Positions 27,101 to 38,176 of a stretch of 64,000 bases of DNA are shown here, piece by piece; the stretch's first letter is position 1, and the number at the start of each line of letters is the position of its first letter. The notes below the pieces were generated by a model. That model saw only the letters and a list, made by a program, of their open reading frames with translations. It was not told the DNA's origin and did not search any database. The position numbers and the translations under genes were made by a program. The DNA is from a virus: positions 4,253 to 68,252 of the IMG/VR virus record IMGVR_UViG_3300025869_000013; one strand, given 5' to 3'.

Positions 27101-30100
27101 TTTCCAGATTTATTTGTTGTTTGCATTTTACACCTGTCTCCGTTAGATTTAACGTGAGAACACTGTTTCTTTTCTCCATCAGCTCTCTGCGGTGCGCCTT
27201 CGTGTATCGTACAGAAGTTACCTCCACCTTTAACTTTGTTACCACACCTACTTCCTGATCTACTTACAGCAGCACATTTTATGTCTTCTTTACCATCTGC
27301 TCTTTCTTCATCCTGCTCTAACAAGTTGCTTTCTATAACCGCCTCTTCTTCAGCTTGTCTTTCAGCGTCTTTAGCTCTCTTCTTCATCTCCTTTCTTTCC
27401 TCTGCTTCAGTTGCTTTAATCTCTTTTACCTCGCCTTTAGCTGCTACCACGTCTTGGTTTTTGATCCCAAAGTTCCATTTGCTCCAACCTAGGAACATAG
27501 CTATTCTTTGCCACATTTCATTATCTGCGTTTAATGATTCTGATATATTTTGATATTTATTGTACAACCTGCTAAGCGGTAAATTCGTAACAGCTTCTGT
27601 TGCACTAAATGCAGCGTCGTAAACTGGGTTGTCAATATCTGTTTTTGACATGTGAGCTATAACATCTCTATTAAAATCCCATGTCTGCGAAGCACTGTAA
27701 AGCTTTCTAGCTTTAATACCTATCGGTGGAGATATATTAAGAGCCTCAATCAGAGTGTTAGCGTGGTTAGCTTGAGACAACCAATTATCATCTTGCTCTT
27801 TCTCTTCCTCCTTCATGAACTTAAGTATAACGTTCTTTACTGTAGCGACTATAGCACCACCCATACCTGAACCGCGTAGCAAGGTGTCTACCATACCGTT
27901 CGCAACCCTTTCTTTTTTCTTATCCGTTAGTTGATCTTCTTCATCATCGCTAAATAGAGCTGCAAATAAAGCTGACTGTAACCCGTAGAATATTAAGTTC
28001 TGAATACCACCGTAGTATACAATCCTAGATATATTAGCTTTAGCATCTCCTCTCCCGTTAACTAAATCTTGCGCAGCTTTTTTAATCAACCTGTTATACT
28101 GCATAGGTGTATTTTGGAAAGCTAGTATAAACTTACCGAGTGGTGAAGCTTGTTGTTGAGAGATTTTATCTTCTCTTGTAGACTGCTGAGTTTCCTCCGC
28201 TATCTCCATCATATCTTCAAATGCTTTAGTCTCCGCGTCAGCCTGAGTCATACCGTCTTTCAAGTACGTCTTGATTCTATTTCTATAGAACGTAGCACCA
28301 CCTGTTGCAATAGCAAAACTATCCGCGATCTGCGTAGGTGTAAAACCAAGTTGCAACAAATAAGCTGTTGCTGCTTTGGCTTTATTCTTTGAGTCTTTTA
28401 TTTGAGCTAGTAACTCAGCTGCGTTAACGTCTGTCTGAATACCAGATCTCCTTTGCTTTAAAAACGGAGAGTTAAATATCATAGATACATCACCCCAGTA
28501 TTGCTTCTGGTTAGCGAACGCGCTCGCTGCTGCAACCATGTTGTTATCACTCCAGTTAACAAAGTTAACATTAGAGATCATCTGTAGCATAGCTGATCTA
28601 GCATTTAAGAACATAGTGGTACCTATAGAACCATGTATCCAATTTGTAAAGTTATTAAGCAGTCTTCCCGATCCACGAGATTTATTACCACCAAACTCCA
28701 TGCGGTATAGGCTATCCTCTAAGGCTTCTCTAAAGTTAGAACCATATACGGCCTCTATTTTGTTTAGATTAGCTTCGGTAAACAGTATATCCTTATTCTC
28801 TTTCCACTGCTGTAGGTATGTGCCTCTAGCCACGTCTAAAGCTTCTTTCAAATCTAAAGCTATATTACCTCCAAGCCAGTGGTTATCAGGTTCTACCATA
28901 CCACCTGGTGTATTACCAATAGAATTTACACCTTGAGCGAAAGCGTTTAAGCTAGCGTCATTTTCAACCGCGTTAATAAGGGTCTGCTTATCTGTTTCAG
29001 ATAAACCAGGGATATCAAATCCAGCTTTAGCCCAGTTGTATACCCTTATAGCGTCTTCATGTGTGTACTCCGTTCCAGGTATATTTTTACCAAGCTTCTT
29101 CCTAACTTCTGGCATAGCTTTTCTAAGCTCTTTCATATCGTTAGCAACGGTTTGCTTTACCCTGTTAAGATGTCTTACACCTTTAGAGAACGGATCAAAT
29201 AAGTTTTCCTTGAAAAACTGGTGATGCTTTTCTCCTTGCTTGCCTTTACCCATAAAGGCATACATTAATCCAGCAAAGTCATCCGCTGAAGGTGGTACAA
29301 AAAATTTAAACTTACCTTTGTTCTTACCTCTCTTTCTAGCTTTAACCGCTGAGAATACTTTTCTACGGTCAACACCTTTGCTCTGCTCTAACATTGTGTT
29401 TAAGTCAGAGCTAAGATCAGTCTCTCCTTCAGATATGATTTCACTCATAACTCTAGGTCCGGATCTACTAAACTTTAATCTCGCTTGCTGAACTTTACCT
29501 TTTACGTCAAACTGATCAAGCATATCTTTAACAGCTTTCACATTTTGTATAGCGTCATCCGCAAAGTAAAAATCATTGTAACCCTCACCTACCTTTTCCG
29601 CTATCCAGTTAGCTTTAGCCGAAGCCTCTGACTTACCTAAACCTGTAATATTCTTAAGCGGTATTTTCAAACCTTGAGCGTCTAAGAACTGCTTAATAGC
29701 TTTAGCTGAATCTGGCGATCTAGCAGTAAGGATAAACATGTTCTCTGTTCCAAATTTCTCAGAGAGCTTCATGGCTTTATTAAATAACGGCGCTGTCTTA
29801 CCATCAACAACTTTATTGAATTCAGAGAAGTTAAACTCAACTCCTTCAGCCAGTAAATCTTCACCAGCTTTAGCAAACTGCTCAGCGTTTAATACACCTT
29901 GAACCACTTGAACCTTACGTGGATTTGACATAAGACCGCCGCTTCTAGCTTGGTGTCTGGTTTTCTTTAAGAACTCCTTGAAATCCATCTCAGGGTTCGC
30001 AACACTCCCGCTACCCATAGGTTTACCATCTATGTCTAACACTTTGATCAATCCGTAACCTCTACCGCGCGTACTCTTGTCTCTATTAAGCCACATTACT

Positions 30101-33100
30101 CTAGTGCCTTCCGGACCAGTTAGCGTAGCGTAAAAATCCTCTGGATTCAACTCGAAGTTCAAGCCTTTAGCGCTGGGTGTTGTAAACCAAACATTAGACT
30201 TAGTTGTAGCTAATGTATCATCAAAGTCTAAAACTGTAATGCCTTTAGGTTTAGTGCTAGAGCGAGACGCCTTGATAGCATTGTCCATAACCTTAGAGTC
30301 TTTAGATCTCGCGTTTATATCACGGATGCTAAAGTCTATATTAGCCGCAGCTTCACCATACACTTTGCCTTTGTCTTTTGGATTAAGGCTCTCTATAGCA
30401 TACAAGTCAGGATGACCAAATGTAGACATGTTATAGTAGCGTTGAGTAGAGCTATTTCCAACTATGTAACCCATAGGCATGACTTGAGTGAGTTTAACTT
30501 CATCAAGAATATTATCCATTGTGACAGGTATAACAGCCACAGTGTACTCTTTAAACAACGCGTCAAGATTAACGTTACCATCGTTCATGTATGCGTCCGT
30601 CAATTGCATAACCATGTAGTTAGTAGGTATCATGTGCTCATACCTAAACTCACCTTTGTATTTCTTTCCAACCTTGTCTTTGAACATATAGCCTAAGTTA
30701 GCCGCTCTCTTTAGCGGTGACTGCATGTTGCTAGCCATGCTCATCATCATCATACCAAAGTCTTCTTTATCTAATGCTCCATTTTCAATTTGATCTTTGT
30801 AATGTTGAGCTATCTCTCTCACAACCAGCTCAGATGTGTCCGCTTGTTTTTTTCTTCCAACGTAATCTTTGTCAGCTCTTGCCGCTTTAGATGTTTCAGC
30901 TAAAAGACTAGTGTCTATTTTAACGCCGTCGATAGTTTGTATCTTCTTAAGATTTCCCGCTTCGGTAAGTTGCACGTCATCCCCAAAAACCTCTTTTAAA
31001 ACCGACTTATTGAAATCCTTTTTACCTTCAAAAAACTGATATCTTTGAGTACCATCACCAGTGTTGTTAACGTCAACTGCAACTCCGTTTTTAACTACAA
31101 AGTTTCCTCTACCGATCTTGGAACTAGTAGCGTACATACCACTAGCATGCACAAGCATTATTAAAGCTTCAGCTTTCCCGTATTTTTCAACTAACTTATT
31201 AGCCACAGTAACAGCCTCAGCGCGGCCTGTGTTTATCTTGTCTACGTTATCAAAGCTTTTTGCTAACCTCAAGGTTTTACCGTCCTCGTCTTTTAATTCC
31301 AAGAACTCCGCTAGATTTAATGATAATTCCGCGGCTTTTATGTTGTCAGTTAAGTATTCATTTAAAGCTTGCTCTGGTTTTGTGTTAAGATTTGCGTGGC
31401 GTTTCTCTATAGCGCCATACCTGTCAACCATTTTAGCAATATCTTTAGCAAGAGCAGTGGCCTTGCTTCTTGTGTAGTGCTTACCGTAAACATCTTTAAC
31501 AACTTGAACCACGGCACTCTCGTCGTTGGGGTTAACTTTTTTAAGAGCCTCGCTTAAAATAGGGAGATTGTTGTAAAAAGTTTTTCTTTCAAGTGGAGCG
31601 AGCTTTCTTACGGACTTACTAAACTTAATACCCGGGTCCCTATCTATTTGTTTGCCTATGATAGACACTTCGTTTTCAGCCTGAACTTGCCCTGTTAAAT
31701 CTAATATGTCTGATCTACGGTTAGAAACTTCAGGAGTTTGAATCGTCTCCATAGTCGCGTCAAACCCAAGCTCAACACCCATCTCCATAGCTAACTTATC
31801 TTTCCTAGTGCCAAGGGTAGACGCACCTACTTTATACCCAAGAGTGTTGTCCATGTTCTGACCTCTGAAATAGGCCATAACTTTTTTAGAACCAGGGTAA
31901 GGTAGTTTAGTAATTAAAGTTGGACCAGATAGTCTGTTGGTATCTTTAGGTAGTAAACCATCACTGATTAACTTGTCAACCTCAGTAGGCTTAGTTATCC
32001 TCTCTGACTTAGTAAATATCCTTTTAGCTGGATCTATATTACGCTCCATCTGTAACAATGTTTCTTTTGGAAGAAACTTGAATACAGTAGGGAAGCTCTC
32101 AGTTAGGAAGGTATCGTACGCAGCGCCTTTACCTATCATATCTTGGATAGGTTTCTTGAGCTCAGTCCTATAGGCTTTCTGTAACGCGGCTTTAAATTTT
32201 TTAGAGTTTACATCAGGTAGCTTTGTGCCAAACGTTTTCATAACAGCGTTACGAACTTTGTCCATCATAGGTTTTTCTAAACCTAGTTCAGTTCTAAGAC
32301 CTGAGTACTTATCTGATTCAGACTTACCTTGCTCAGCTAGTTTAGCCCGACGAGATTGAGCTTGCATAGACATGTCTTGCTCTTCAAACGACGTTACACC
32401 AGCATCAGTATCTGCTTCTACTTGTATTACTGGAGCACCCTCAGCTGTCTTAGCGTCGATGTCTTTCGCGCCTTTCATAGCTTCGTCAACCTTGTACTCT
32501 TTATTATATACGTTACCAGCTTTGTTTCCTATCTGGCTATTTATATAAGCAAATAGATTATCGTTCTGCTCTGGCTTAAACCTTTTAATGTGCGGCGTTA
32601 TCTCAGAGTAAACCTTTTCAACAAAGTCTCTTGGTACAGGTTTAACTTTATACTTAGAGGCTATAAGAGCATCGAAGTAACCATTATCCTTCATGTCTTT
32701 TATAGCGGCATCAGCTCCACCTCTTCTCCAGGATTTATTTGTATTTTTAGTCCCTAGATCTTTAACGCTTTTAGCAGCAGCTTTCCTTTGATCAGAAGTC
32801 ATAGAGTAAGTTATGTCACCTGACTCAGTCACCTCTCCCTCACCTTTAGTGGCTTTTACTATCTTACTACTTAAAGCTCCTTTGTGAATACTCTTATTGT
32901 ACTCTCTTAAGAAACGATATACGTCTTTACCTGTTTTAAATTTAATCTTATTGAAACCTGCTTTCTTGAACAGACCCATTTCGTTGAACGCATCTCTTAT
33001 CTTATCGAAAACAGTCTCTTCATACTTAATCTCTCCCTTACCTATAGCATCTGAAACAAGAGTTAGATATTCATCTGGATTCTTCTCCATATACTCAGGT

Positions 33101-36100
33101 GAATAGTTATCATCTATTCTTTGCTGTACAACAGACCATTGACTACCAATCTCTTTTTTTAACTGCGATATAACTTTTGTTGAGAGATCAGTGTTAACAT
33201 TCATGGCTTTCTTAAGTATACCATGCAAAAGCTCATGACTACCAACTGTTACGGCTCCTGTTTCAGCAGCTACCGCTCTGTTTATAACTATGTTATTACC
33301 ATCGATAAATCCATCTGACGAAGCTGCTTCTTCCCCGTATTTCTCTCTAATCTGTTCAACGCTCATCTCGTCGTTAACCTCTAACCCATACAGAGCGCTG
33401 TGCTTTTTAGCAAACTCTATGTTCTCTTCAAACTGCTGATCAGGAGACTTTAAAGGCATAGTTGTTTCGCTATACTTTATGTCCGCTACATTAGGATCAT
33501 ATTGAGAAAGCATATCTGCTTTTGTGGCGTTGTTAGCCATCATCTTCTTAGTAAGCCTATCTTCTATAGCCTCTTTTTCAGTCTCAGATAAAGTGTCATC
33601 GTTTTTAACAGACTCCCATTGAGCTTGTATTTTTCTCTTACCTCTTTCTAATCCAAGAAGCTTCTTCTTATCGTTCTCAGTTAGAATGTCAACCCTCTTA
33701 ATGTCTCGCTCCAACATCTCTGTTGTCTCAGCCGTGAGCTCTGCTATCTCTGTTTGGATAACATCTTGAGCATCTTCTGATAACTCATGGTCTTTATTAA
33801 GTAAAGACTCAGATAACTCGTTTATCCTAGTCAGGTTAGCCTCTCTAATAGCGTCTGTGTCTGGCGATCTAAAAGCGTTCATAGCGTGGTTAGCTACAAC
33901 GGGCGATTTTAAAGCCCCACTCATCATAACGCCACTCACAAACGATTCTTCTACCCCATCCCAAAATCCAGCTTCTCTGTTTCCAGACCATATGTCCATT
34001 AGGTTGCCGGAAATTGTAGCCACGGCCTCTGATCCACCTTCTTCAAGAAGGTCTTTCCCAGTGGCCCTAAGAGCTTTAGCAGAAAACACATTCTTAGTGA
34101 GATAATCAGTAACACCTGCCCTCACGCCTTTGCTTTTGATCATGCCTTTGAACACGCCTTTAGCCGTGTTAACTTGGCCTAATGTTATTTTCTCAGACAA
34201 AGCCTCAGCGGCTCCAGATACGGTTGCGTTTAAGAACATTTCTCCAAAAGAGTAATTGTTACCATACAATCCCCCGGATTCAGCATGTAATTTGTTTTGC
34301 GCTTTTAAGTCTAAATACTTTTGCCCTGTAGACGTTATACCCATAGCGTATAACGATGCGCCACCCGTAGTTGCCATTAGAGCTAAGTTAGGAACTTGGC
34401 CTGCCATCATAACAGCAAACCACTCACCAAAGTCCCCTACGTTATCTATATCATCATACTGCATGTGATACATGTTATCGCTCAATTCAGCTTGATAAGC
34501 GTCTACAGCTGCGTGCGCTTTTTCCATCGCAGATGGATTGTCATCTCCGGAATCTTCGTAAGCCGCTAGCATACCCCGCATAACTGGATCGCCACTTGCT
34601 ATGATACCTTGCTTAGCAAGATCTACGACCATTTCCCCGGCAGCAACTCCTCCTTGGACTAAATCAATAGCGGCGTTGCCTAGAGATATACCCATTCTGT
34701 TAGCTAAACTATAGTCCAAGCCAACGAGCTGAGTGTACGATCCAACGTCTTCTATGTCTACTTGAATATCACCGATCTTTTCGCTTGCTTTTACGGCTGC
34801 GTCAGTTATTAGTTCATAGTTTCTCTGCTTGCTGCTGTAGTTAGCTACTAGTTTTTCATGCCCAGCTATTATATTAGCTATCTCACTTTTAGCTGTATCA
34901 ACCTCCTCCTGGGTTTTAAACTCCCTGCCTTTTATAGCGTCTATCTTACCCTGAGCATCGTAATTCTTTAATGCTTCACCAGACGCTTCAAACAGCTCTT
35001 TAATAGCCGTATGCTTTTCTTTTATAACCTCATATTCCCCAAGCGTTGCTTTCTGCTTTTTATTTAGCTTCTCTAGCTTTTCTTTACCAATAGCCTCTAA
35101 CACATCTTGGTCAAAATCACCGATTTTACCTGTACCCCATTTGCTCGCTTTATCCGCTACTCGTTTAGCAAGTAAATCAGCTTCTTGATTGTAAGCGTGT
35201 ATATCAATAGCTTTTCTTTTGACTTGCTCGTCATTCATAGCTAAAGCGTTTAGCTCGGCTGGTATGCCCCACTCTCTGTCGTCTTCAGTTATTTGGTAGT
35301 CCTCCTTCTCTTTATCTGAGTATGGGGTTCCGTCGTCATGCTGCAGGTTCTCTCGAAAATTAGTCTCAGCTACCGTGGCCCTAGCCTGATTCAGTGCGCT
35401 ACTTGATTCCCTCAGTGCAGCGTCTGTTTTAAAAACGTCAGGTCCGCCGGGCGTAGTGTTTAAACGCTTGTATTCACCAACAGTAAGGTCACTTTCCTGC
35501 TGAGAATCCTCTTCAACTTCCTTAGTGGCCTTGGCTAAAGCGTCTTCTCTTTCTTTGGCCGTTATCTTTACCCCCTCTAAACTCTTTTCCCAATCAGCAA
35601 GTTGATCAACCGCTCTACCTCGCATCCACGCATCCATATCCTCCTTGGCATCCTCATCACGCAAGTCAAATGTTTTTTTGTTGCCGTCTTTATCTACGAC
35701 GATTATATTCTCCTTGTCGCCTCCAAAAAACTCAGTGTCATACTCTGACGCTATATCAAAGCCATAGCGAGCATACTTATCGTTTAAGATCTTACCAGCG
35801 TTTTCAACCTTTGGAAACTCTATGAGGGACACTTCGGGCATGCCTTCCGTAGAACTAGAGTCGTCCTCTGGTTTACTACCACTAGTCTTTATAGACTTAG
35901 CTAGCTTTTCCTCTTTTTCTATTTGATCATCGTGCTCTTCGTTCTCCCCTGGCACTACGGTGTTCCTGTCGACTCCCTGGTTATCCCAATAGTTAGTGTC
36001 TATAGATACAGCCGTGATATCCTTCGCTGAAGCATCTGCAACGGTGAGAGCTACGCGCTCTTCTTTAGGTTGGCTTTCATCTTTAACTTCAGCAACCTCA

Positions 36101-36285
36101 AACTCAGGAAACTTAGAGTTGACTACAGAGTAGTCATAGTTGTACTCTTCAGCGGTAGCAACATAATCCTTCAATACTTGAAGATCGTAATCTTTAAGTT
36201 CTGGGAATTTAGATACTACAGTATCCCAATCATAGCCATCACTCTGAGCGGTGGCTACGAGATCTTTTAATAATTGCTCATTCAT
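27082..36285 (-). CDS. giant (3067 aa) polyvalent internal virion / ejected protein
   Basis: Follows small ejection-type genes; contains zincin HELLH, HAD motifs (LDFDDTL, ILTARS, K, FADD), YEHMIP and two C-terminal CxxC..C..H Zn-finger-like units. Confidence 0.75.
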   Translation of the reverse strand: MNEQLLKDLVATAQSDGYDWDTVVSKFPELKDYDLQVLKDYVATAEEYNYDYSVVNSKFPEFEVAEVKDESQPKEERVALTVADASAKDITAVSIDTNYWDNQGVDRNTVVPGENEEHDDQIEKEEKLAKSIKTSGSKPEDDSSSTEGMPEVSLIEFPKVENAGKILNDKYARYGFDIASEYDTEFFGGDKENIIVVDKDGNKKTFDLRDEDAKEDMDAWMRGRAVDQLADWEKSLEGVKITAKEREDALAKATKEVEEDSQQESDLTVGEYKRLNTTPGGPDVFKTDAALRESSSALNQARATVAETNFRENLQHDDGTPYSDKEKEDYQITEDDREWGIPAELNALAMNDEQVKRKAIDIHAYNQEADLLAKRVADKASKWGTGKIGDFDQDVLEAIGKEKLEKLNKKQKATLGEYEVIKEKHTAIKELFEASGEALKNYDAQGKIDAIKGREFKTQEEVDTAKSEIANIIAGHEKLVANYSSKQRNYELITDAAVKASEKIGDIQVDIEDVGSYTQLVGLDYSLANRMGISLGNAAIDLVQGGVAAGEMVVDLAKQGIIASGDPVMRGMLAAYEDSGDDNPSAMEKAHAAVDAYQAELSDNMYHMQYDDIDNVGDFGEWFAVMMAGQVPNLALMATTGGASLYAMGITSTGQKYLDLKAQNKLHAESGGLYGNNYSFGEMFLNATVSGAAEALSEKITLGQVNTAKGVFKGMIKSKGVRAGVTDYLTKNVFSAKALRATGKDLLEEGGSEAVATISGNLMDIWSGNREAGFWDGVEESFVSGVMMSGALKSPVVANHAMNAFRSPDTDAIREANLTRINELSESLLNKDHELSEDAQDVIQTEIAELTAETTEMLERDIKRVDILTENDKKKLLGLERGKRKIQAQWESVKNDDTLSETEKEAIEDRLTKKMMANNATKADMLSQYDPNVADIKYSETTMPLKSPDQQFEENIEFAKKHSALYGLEVNDEMSVEQIREKYGEEAASSDGFIDGNNIVINRAVAAETGAVTVGSHELLHGILKKAMNVNTDLSTKVISQLKKEIGSQWSVVQQRIDDNYSPEYMEKNPDEYLTLVSDAIGKGEIKYEETVFDKIRDAFNEMGLFKKAGFNKIKFKTGKDVYRFLREYNKSIHKGALSSKIVKATKGEGEVTESGDITYSMTSDQRKAAAKSVKDLGTKNTNKSWRRGGADAAIKDMKDNGYFDALIASKYKVKPVPRDFVEKVYSEITPHIKRFKPEQNDNLFAYINSQIGNKAGNVYNKEYKVDEAMKGAKDIDAKTAEGAPVIQVEADTDAGVTSFEEQDMSMQAQSRRAKLAEQGKSESDKYSGLRTELGLEKPMMDKVRNAVMKTFGTKLPDVNSKKFKAALQKAYRTELKKPIQDMIGKGAAYDTFLTESFPTVFKFLPKETLLQMERNIDPAKRIFTKSERITKPTEVDKLISDGLLPKDTNRLSGPTLITKLPYPGSKKVMAYFRGQNMDNTLGYKVGASTLGTRKDKLAMEMGVELGFDATMETIQTPEVSNRRSDILDLTGQVQAENEVSIIGKQIDRDPGIKFSKSVRKLAPLERKTFYNNLPILSEALKKVNPNDESAVVQVVKDVYGKHYTRSKATALAKDIAKMVDRYGAIEKRHANLNTKPEQALNEYLTDNIKAAELSLNLAEFLELKDEDGKTLRLAKSFDNVDKINTGRAEAVTVANKLVEKYGKAEALIMLVHASGMYATSSKIGRGNFVVKNGVAVDVNNTGDGTQRYQFFEGKKDFNKSVLKEVFGDDVQLTEAGNLKKIQTIDGVKIDTSLLAETSKAARADKDYVGRKKQADTSELVVREIAQHYKDQIENGALDKEDFGMMMMSMASNMQSPLKRAANLGYMFKDKVGKKYKGEFRYEHMIPTNYMVMQLTDAYMNDGNVNLDALFKEYTVAVIPVTMDNILDEVKLTQVMPMGYIVGNSSTQRYYNMSTFGHPDLYAIESLNPKDKGKVYGEAAANIDFSIRDINARSKDSKVMDNAIKASRSSTKPKGITVLDFDDTLATTKSNVWFTTPSAKGLNFELNPEDFYATLTGPEGTRVMWLNRDKSTRGRGYGLIKVLDIDGKPMGSGSVANPEMDFKEFLKKTRHQARSGGLMSNPRKVQVVQGVLNAEQFAKAGEDLLAEGVEFNFSEFNKVVDGKTAPLFNKAMKLSEKFGTENMFILTARSPDSAKAIKQFLDAQGLKIPLKNITGLGKSEASAKANWIAEKVGEGYNDFYFADDAIQNVKAVKDMLDQFDVKGKVQQARLKFSRSGPRVMSEIISEGETDLSSDLNTMLEQSKGVDRRKVFSAVKARKRGKNKGKFKFFVPPSADDFAGLMYAFMGKGKQGEKHHQFFKENLFDPFSKGVRHLNRVKQTVANDMKELRKAMPEVRKKLGKNIPGTEYTHEDAIRVYNWAKAGFDIPGLSETDKQTLINAVENDASLNAFAQGVNSIGNTPGGMVEPDNHWLGGNIALDLKEALDVARGTYLQQWKENKDILFTEANLNKIEAVYGSNFREALEDSLYRMEFGGNKSRGSGRLLNNFTNWIHGSIGTTMFLNARSAMLQMISNVNFVNWSDNNMVAAASAFANQKQYWGDVSMIFNSPFLKQRRSGIQTDVNAAELLAQIKDSKNKAKAATAYLLQLGFTPTQIADSFAIATGGATFYRNRIKTYLKDGMTQADAETKAFEDMMEIAEETQQSTREDKISQQQASPLGKFILAFQNTPMQYNRLIKKAAQDLVNGRGDAKANISRIVYYGGIQNLIFYGLQSALFAALFSDDEEDQLTDKKKERVANGMVDTLLRGSGMGGAIVATVKNVILKFMKEEEKEQDDNWLSQANHANTLIEALNISPPIGIKARKLYSASQTWDFNRDVIAHMSKTDIDNPVYDAAFSATEAVTNLPLSRLYNKYQNISESLNADNEMWQRIAMFLGWSKWNFGIKNQDVVAAKGEVKEIKATEAEERKEMKKRAKDAERQAEEEAVIESNLLEQDEERADGKEDIKCAAVSRSGSRCGNKVKGGGNFCTIHEGAPQRADGEKKQCSHVKSNGDRCKMQTTNKSGKCYYHD

Positions 36286-37430
36286 TGTCTTGCGCTTCCA
36301 CCAGAGTTATTAGCTGCAGTTTCTTTATTGTACTCTTTCAAAGCTGTTTGATATATATTCATATCCTTTTTAGTCTGCCAGTCAGCGGCTACTTCGGCTA
36401 GTAAATCAGTGTCATTTTTTAAAGCCTCTAAAAGTATTTTCAAGTTCTCTTTGCTTAGCTCGCTAGATTCTATAAAACCAGTATCATCGAGGCCTGTCAT
36501 TTTCTCTAATGCTTTTTTATCTTTCAATTCTATCTTAAAATCAATACCTCCTTGTGTCGCAGATAGAGCTGCTTCTAAGTCGTCTTTCAAAGAAGTCTCT
36601 CCGTACCAAGCGTCTTCAAGAACAGATGTAGCTTTTGCTTTGCTTCCTCGAAGTTCTTTAGCTAGAGCCTTATGGTGAACATGGTAAGTACCTCTTTCAC
36701 TAAAATGCTTACCTGTAGAACCAAGGTCATGAGCTTGGATAGAATAACCCATTGCACTTTCTTTTCTGACAACAGGACTCATTCCACCTGTTAAAATCTC
36801 CTCTGCTCTTCTACGCGAAACCTCCCCAACACCTGGAACATTGAAAACCATTTCACCTTTATTTGGTCCGTCTTTAGCTACATAAACATCCGCAGATCCA
36901 TCTAAAGTATATAGAGCATCTAGTATATCCCTATTCTCCGCGGCTTCAGGTGATTCTCCTTCAACAGCTTTCCCCCATCCATACTCTTTATGAATTTTAT
37001 ACCCTGTCTCCATAAGGGTTTTCCAAGACTGTAATTGTTGACTCCTCTCTCCTTGATCTTTCAATAACTTCTGCTGGGTTTTTTTGTCACCTGTTCTAAC
37101 AGCTTCTAGGTATTCCGCTTGATATCCTTTTTCTAAATCAGAAAATTGATCAAATAAATTTGCGTTCGCCCAAGAACCTTTGTCACCCATACCTTCTAAA
37201 CCTGCATCCCAAGCTCGCTCTCTAGTTTCTGTATCCTCTTGTTTCTCCGCAATCTGATCTGTTACATCCGTAGCTATATTACTTACCTCACCCGCTATAG
37301 CAGCGTTAGTCAAATGTTGACGCGCGGTTTTACCAGATTTGGTATTCACTGGGTCAACCCCAGCTTCATATACTCTTTGTTGTGTTGCTCGTGACAACCT
37401 ATAATTAGGTGCCGATGTTCCTTCTGCCAT
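36282..37430 (-). CDS. putative internal virion protein
   Basis: Helical charged composition; sits in the ejection-protein cluster. Confidence 0.55.
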   Translation of the reverse strand: MAEGTSAPNYRLSRATQQRVYEAGVDPVNTKSGKTARQHLTNAAIAGEVSNIATDVTDQIAEKQEDTETRERAWDAGLEGMGDKGSWANANLFDQFSDLEKGYQAEYLEAVRTGDKKTQQKLLKDQGERSQQLQSWKTLMETGYKIHKEYGWGKAVEGESPEAAENRDILDALYTLDGSADVYVAKDGPNKGEMVFNVPGVGEVSRRRAEEILTGGMSPVVRKESAMGYSIQAHDLGSTGKHFSERGTYHVHHKALAKELRGSKAKATSVLEDAWYGETSLKDDLEAALSATQGGIDFKIELKDKKALEKMTGLDDTGFIESSELSKENLKILLEALKNDTDLLAEVAADWQTKKDMNIYQTALKEYNKETAANNSGGSARQ

Positions 37431-37450
37431 GATATTTAGTTATTCAAAGT

Positions 37451-38173
37451 TTAACCTCTTGAATCCAACCAGTCTTGGTATCCAAGATTAGTGCCCGAGC
37501 TTGCCCACTCATCTTCTAGTACTCCAGGGTCAATATTATCACTACCTCCTCCACCCCATCCAGCGGCTTGTCCCGCGAAACTAGTTAACCCACTAGCTGC
37601 ATCACCTATACCAGCCATCATCTGAGCGTTACCCGCAGCTTGCATAGCTTGAGCGTTCGTCACATCACCCGCGGACATACCCATTAAAGTATCTATCTTA
37701 CCCATCTGCATGTTTCTACTCATAAGATCACCCTCTCTTTCTAGTCCTTGTATTCTACTAGCCTCCCCTCGTTCTAACTTCTGATTCTGAGCTTCTTGAG
37801 CTCCAATAGAAGCTGAAGCTCTTTGAGCTTGTAAAGAACCTTGGTTAGCTAAACTCTGTGCTAAAGCCGCTATACCAGACGAACCAGCTGCACCACGCAT
37901 TTGACCCATGATATTAGCTTGACTCTGCATAGCTTGTTGTTTTTCAAACTCCGCTTGCTGTTGGTTGATAGTTAAGTCTTCCATAGTATTCTCCATATTG
38001 AGATATGGATTACTAGTATCTAAAGCTTCAAAAGCTTTCTTATGCTTCTCCATCTCCGCCCTAGCTTTCTCAGCCTCATCAGCAGCAGCGTCAGCAGCTT
38101 TTTTACCCTGCACAGCTTTATAAATACCCATGCCAGTGGATACAACAGCGGACGCAGCCATCACAAAACTCAT
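37451..38173 (-). CDS. putative ejection / pilot protein
   Basis: Hydrophobic Ala/Gly N-terminus and Gln/Ala/Met-rich helices typical of podovirus core proteins. Confidence 0.6.
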   Translation of the reverse strand: MSFVMAASAVVSTGMGIYKAVQGKKAADAAADEAEKARAEMEKHKKAFEALDTSNPYLNMENTMEDLTINQQQAEFEKQQAMQSQANIMGQMRGAAGSSGIAALAQSLANQGSLQAQRASASIGAQEAQNQKLERGEASRIQGLEREGDLMSRNMQMGKIDTLMGMSAGDVTNAQAMQAAGNAQMMAGIGDAASGLTSFAGQAAGWGGGGSDNIDPGVLEDEWASSGTNLGYQDWLDSRG

Positions 38174-38176
38174 AGT

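Noticed and set aside
27082-36285. Virion RNA polymerase as in Crassvirales or N4
   Set aside because: The only DxD-rich motif (LDFDDTL) fits HAD motif I with matching downstream motifs; no DFDID/DxDGD RNAP signature was seen, and the phage encodes a sigma factor for host RNAP
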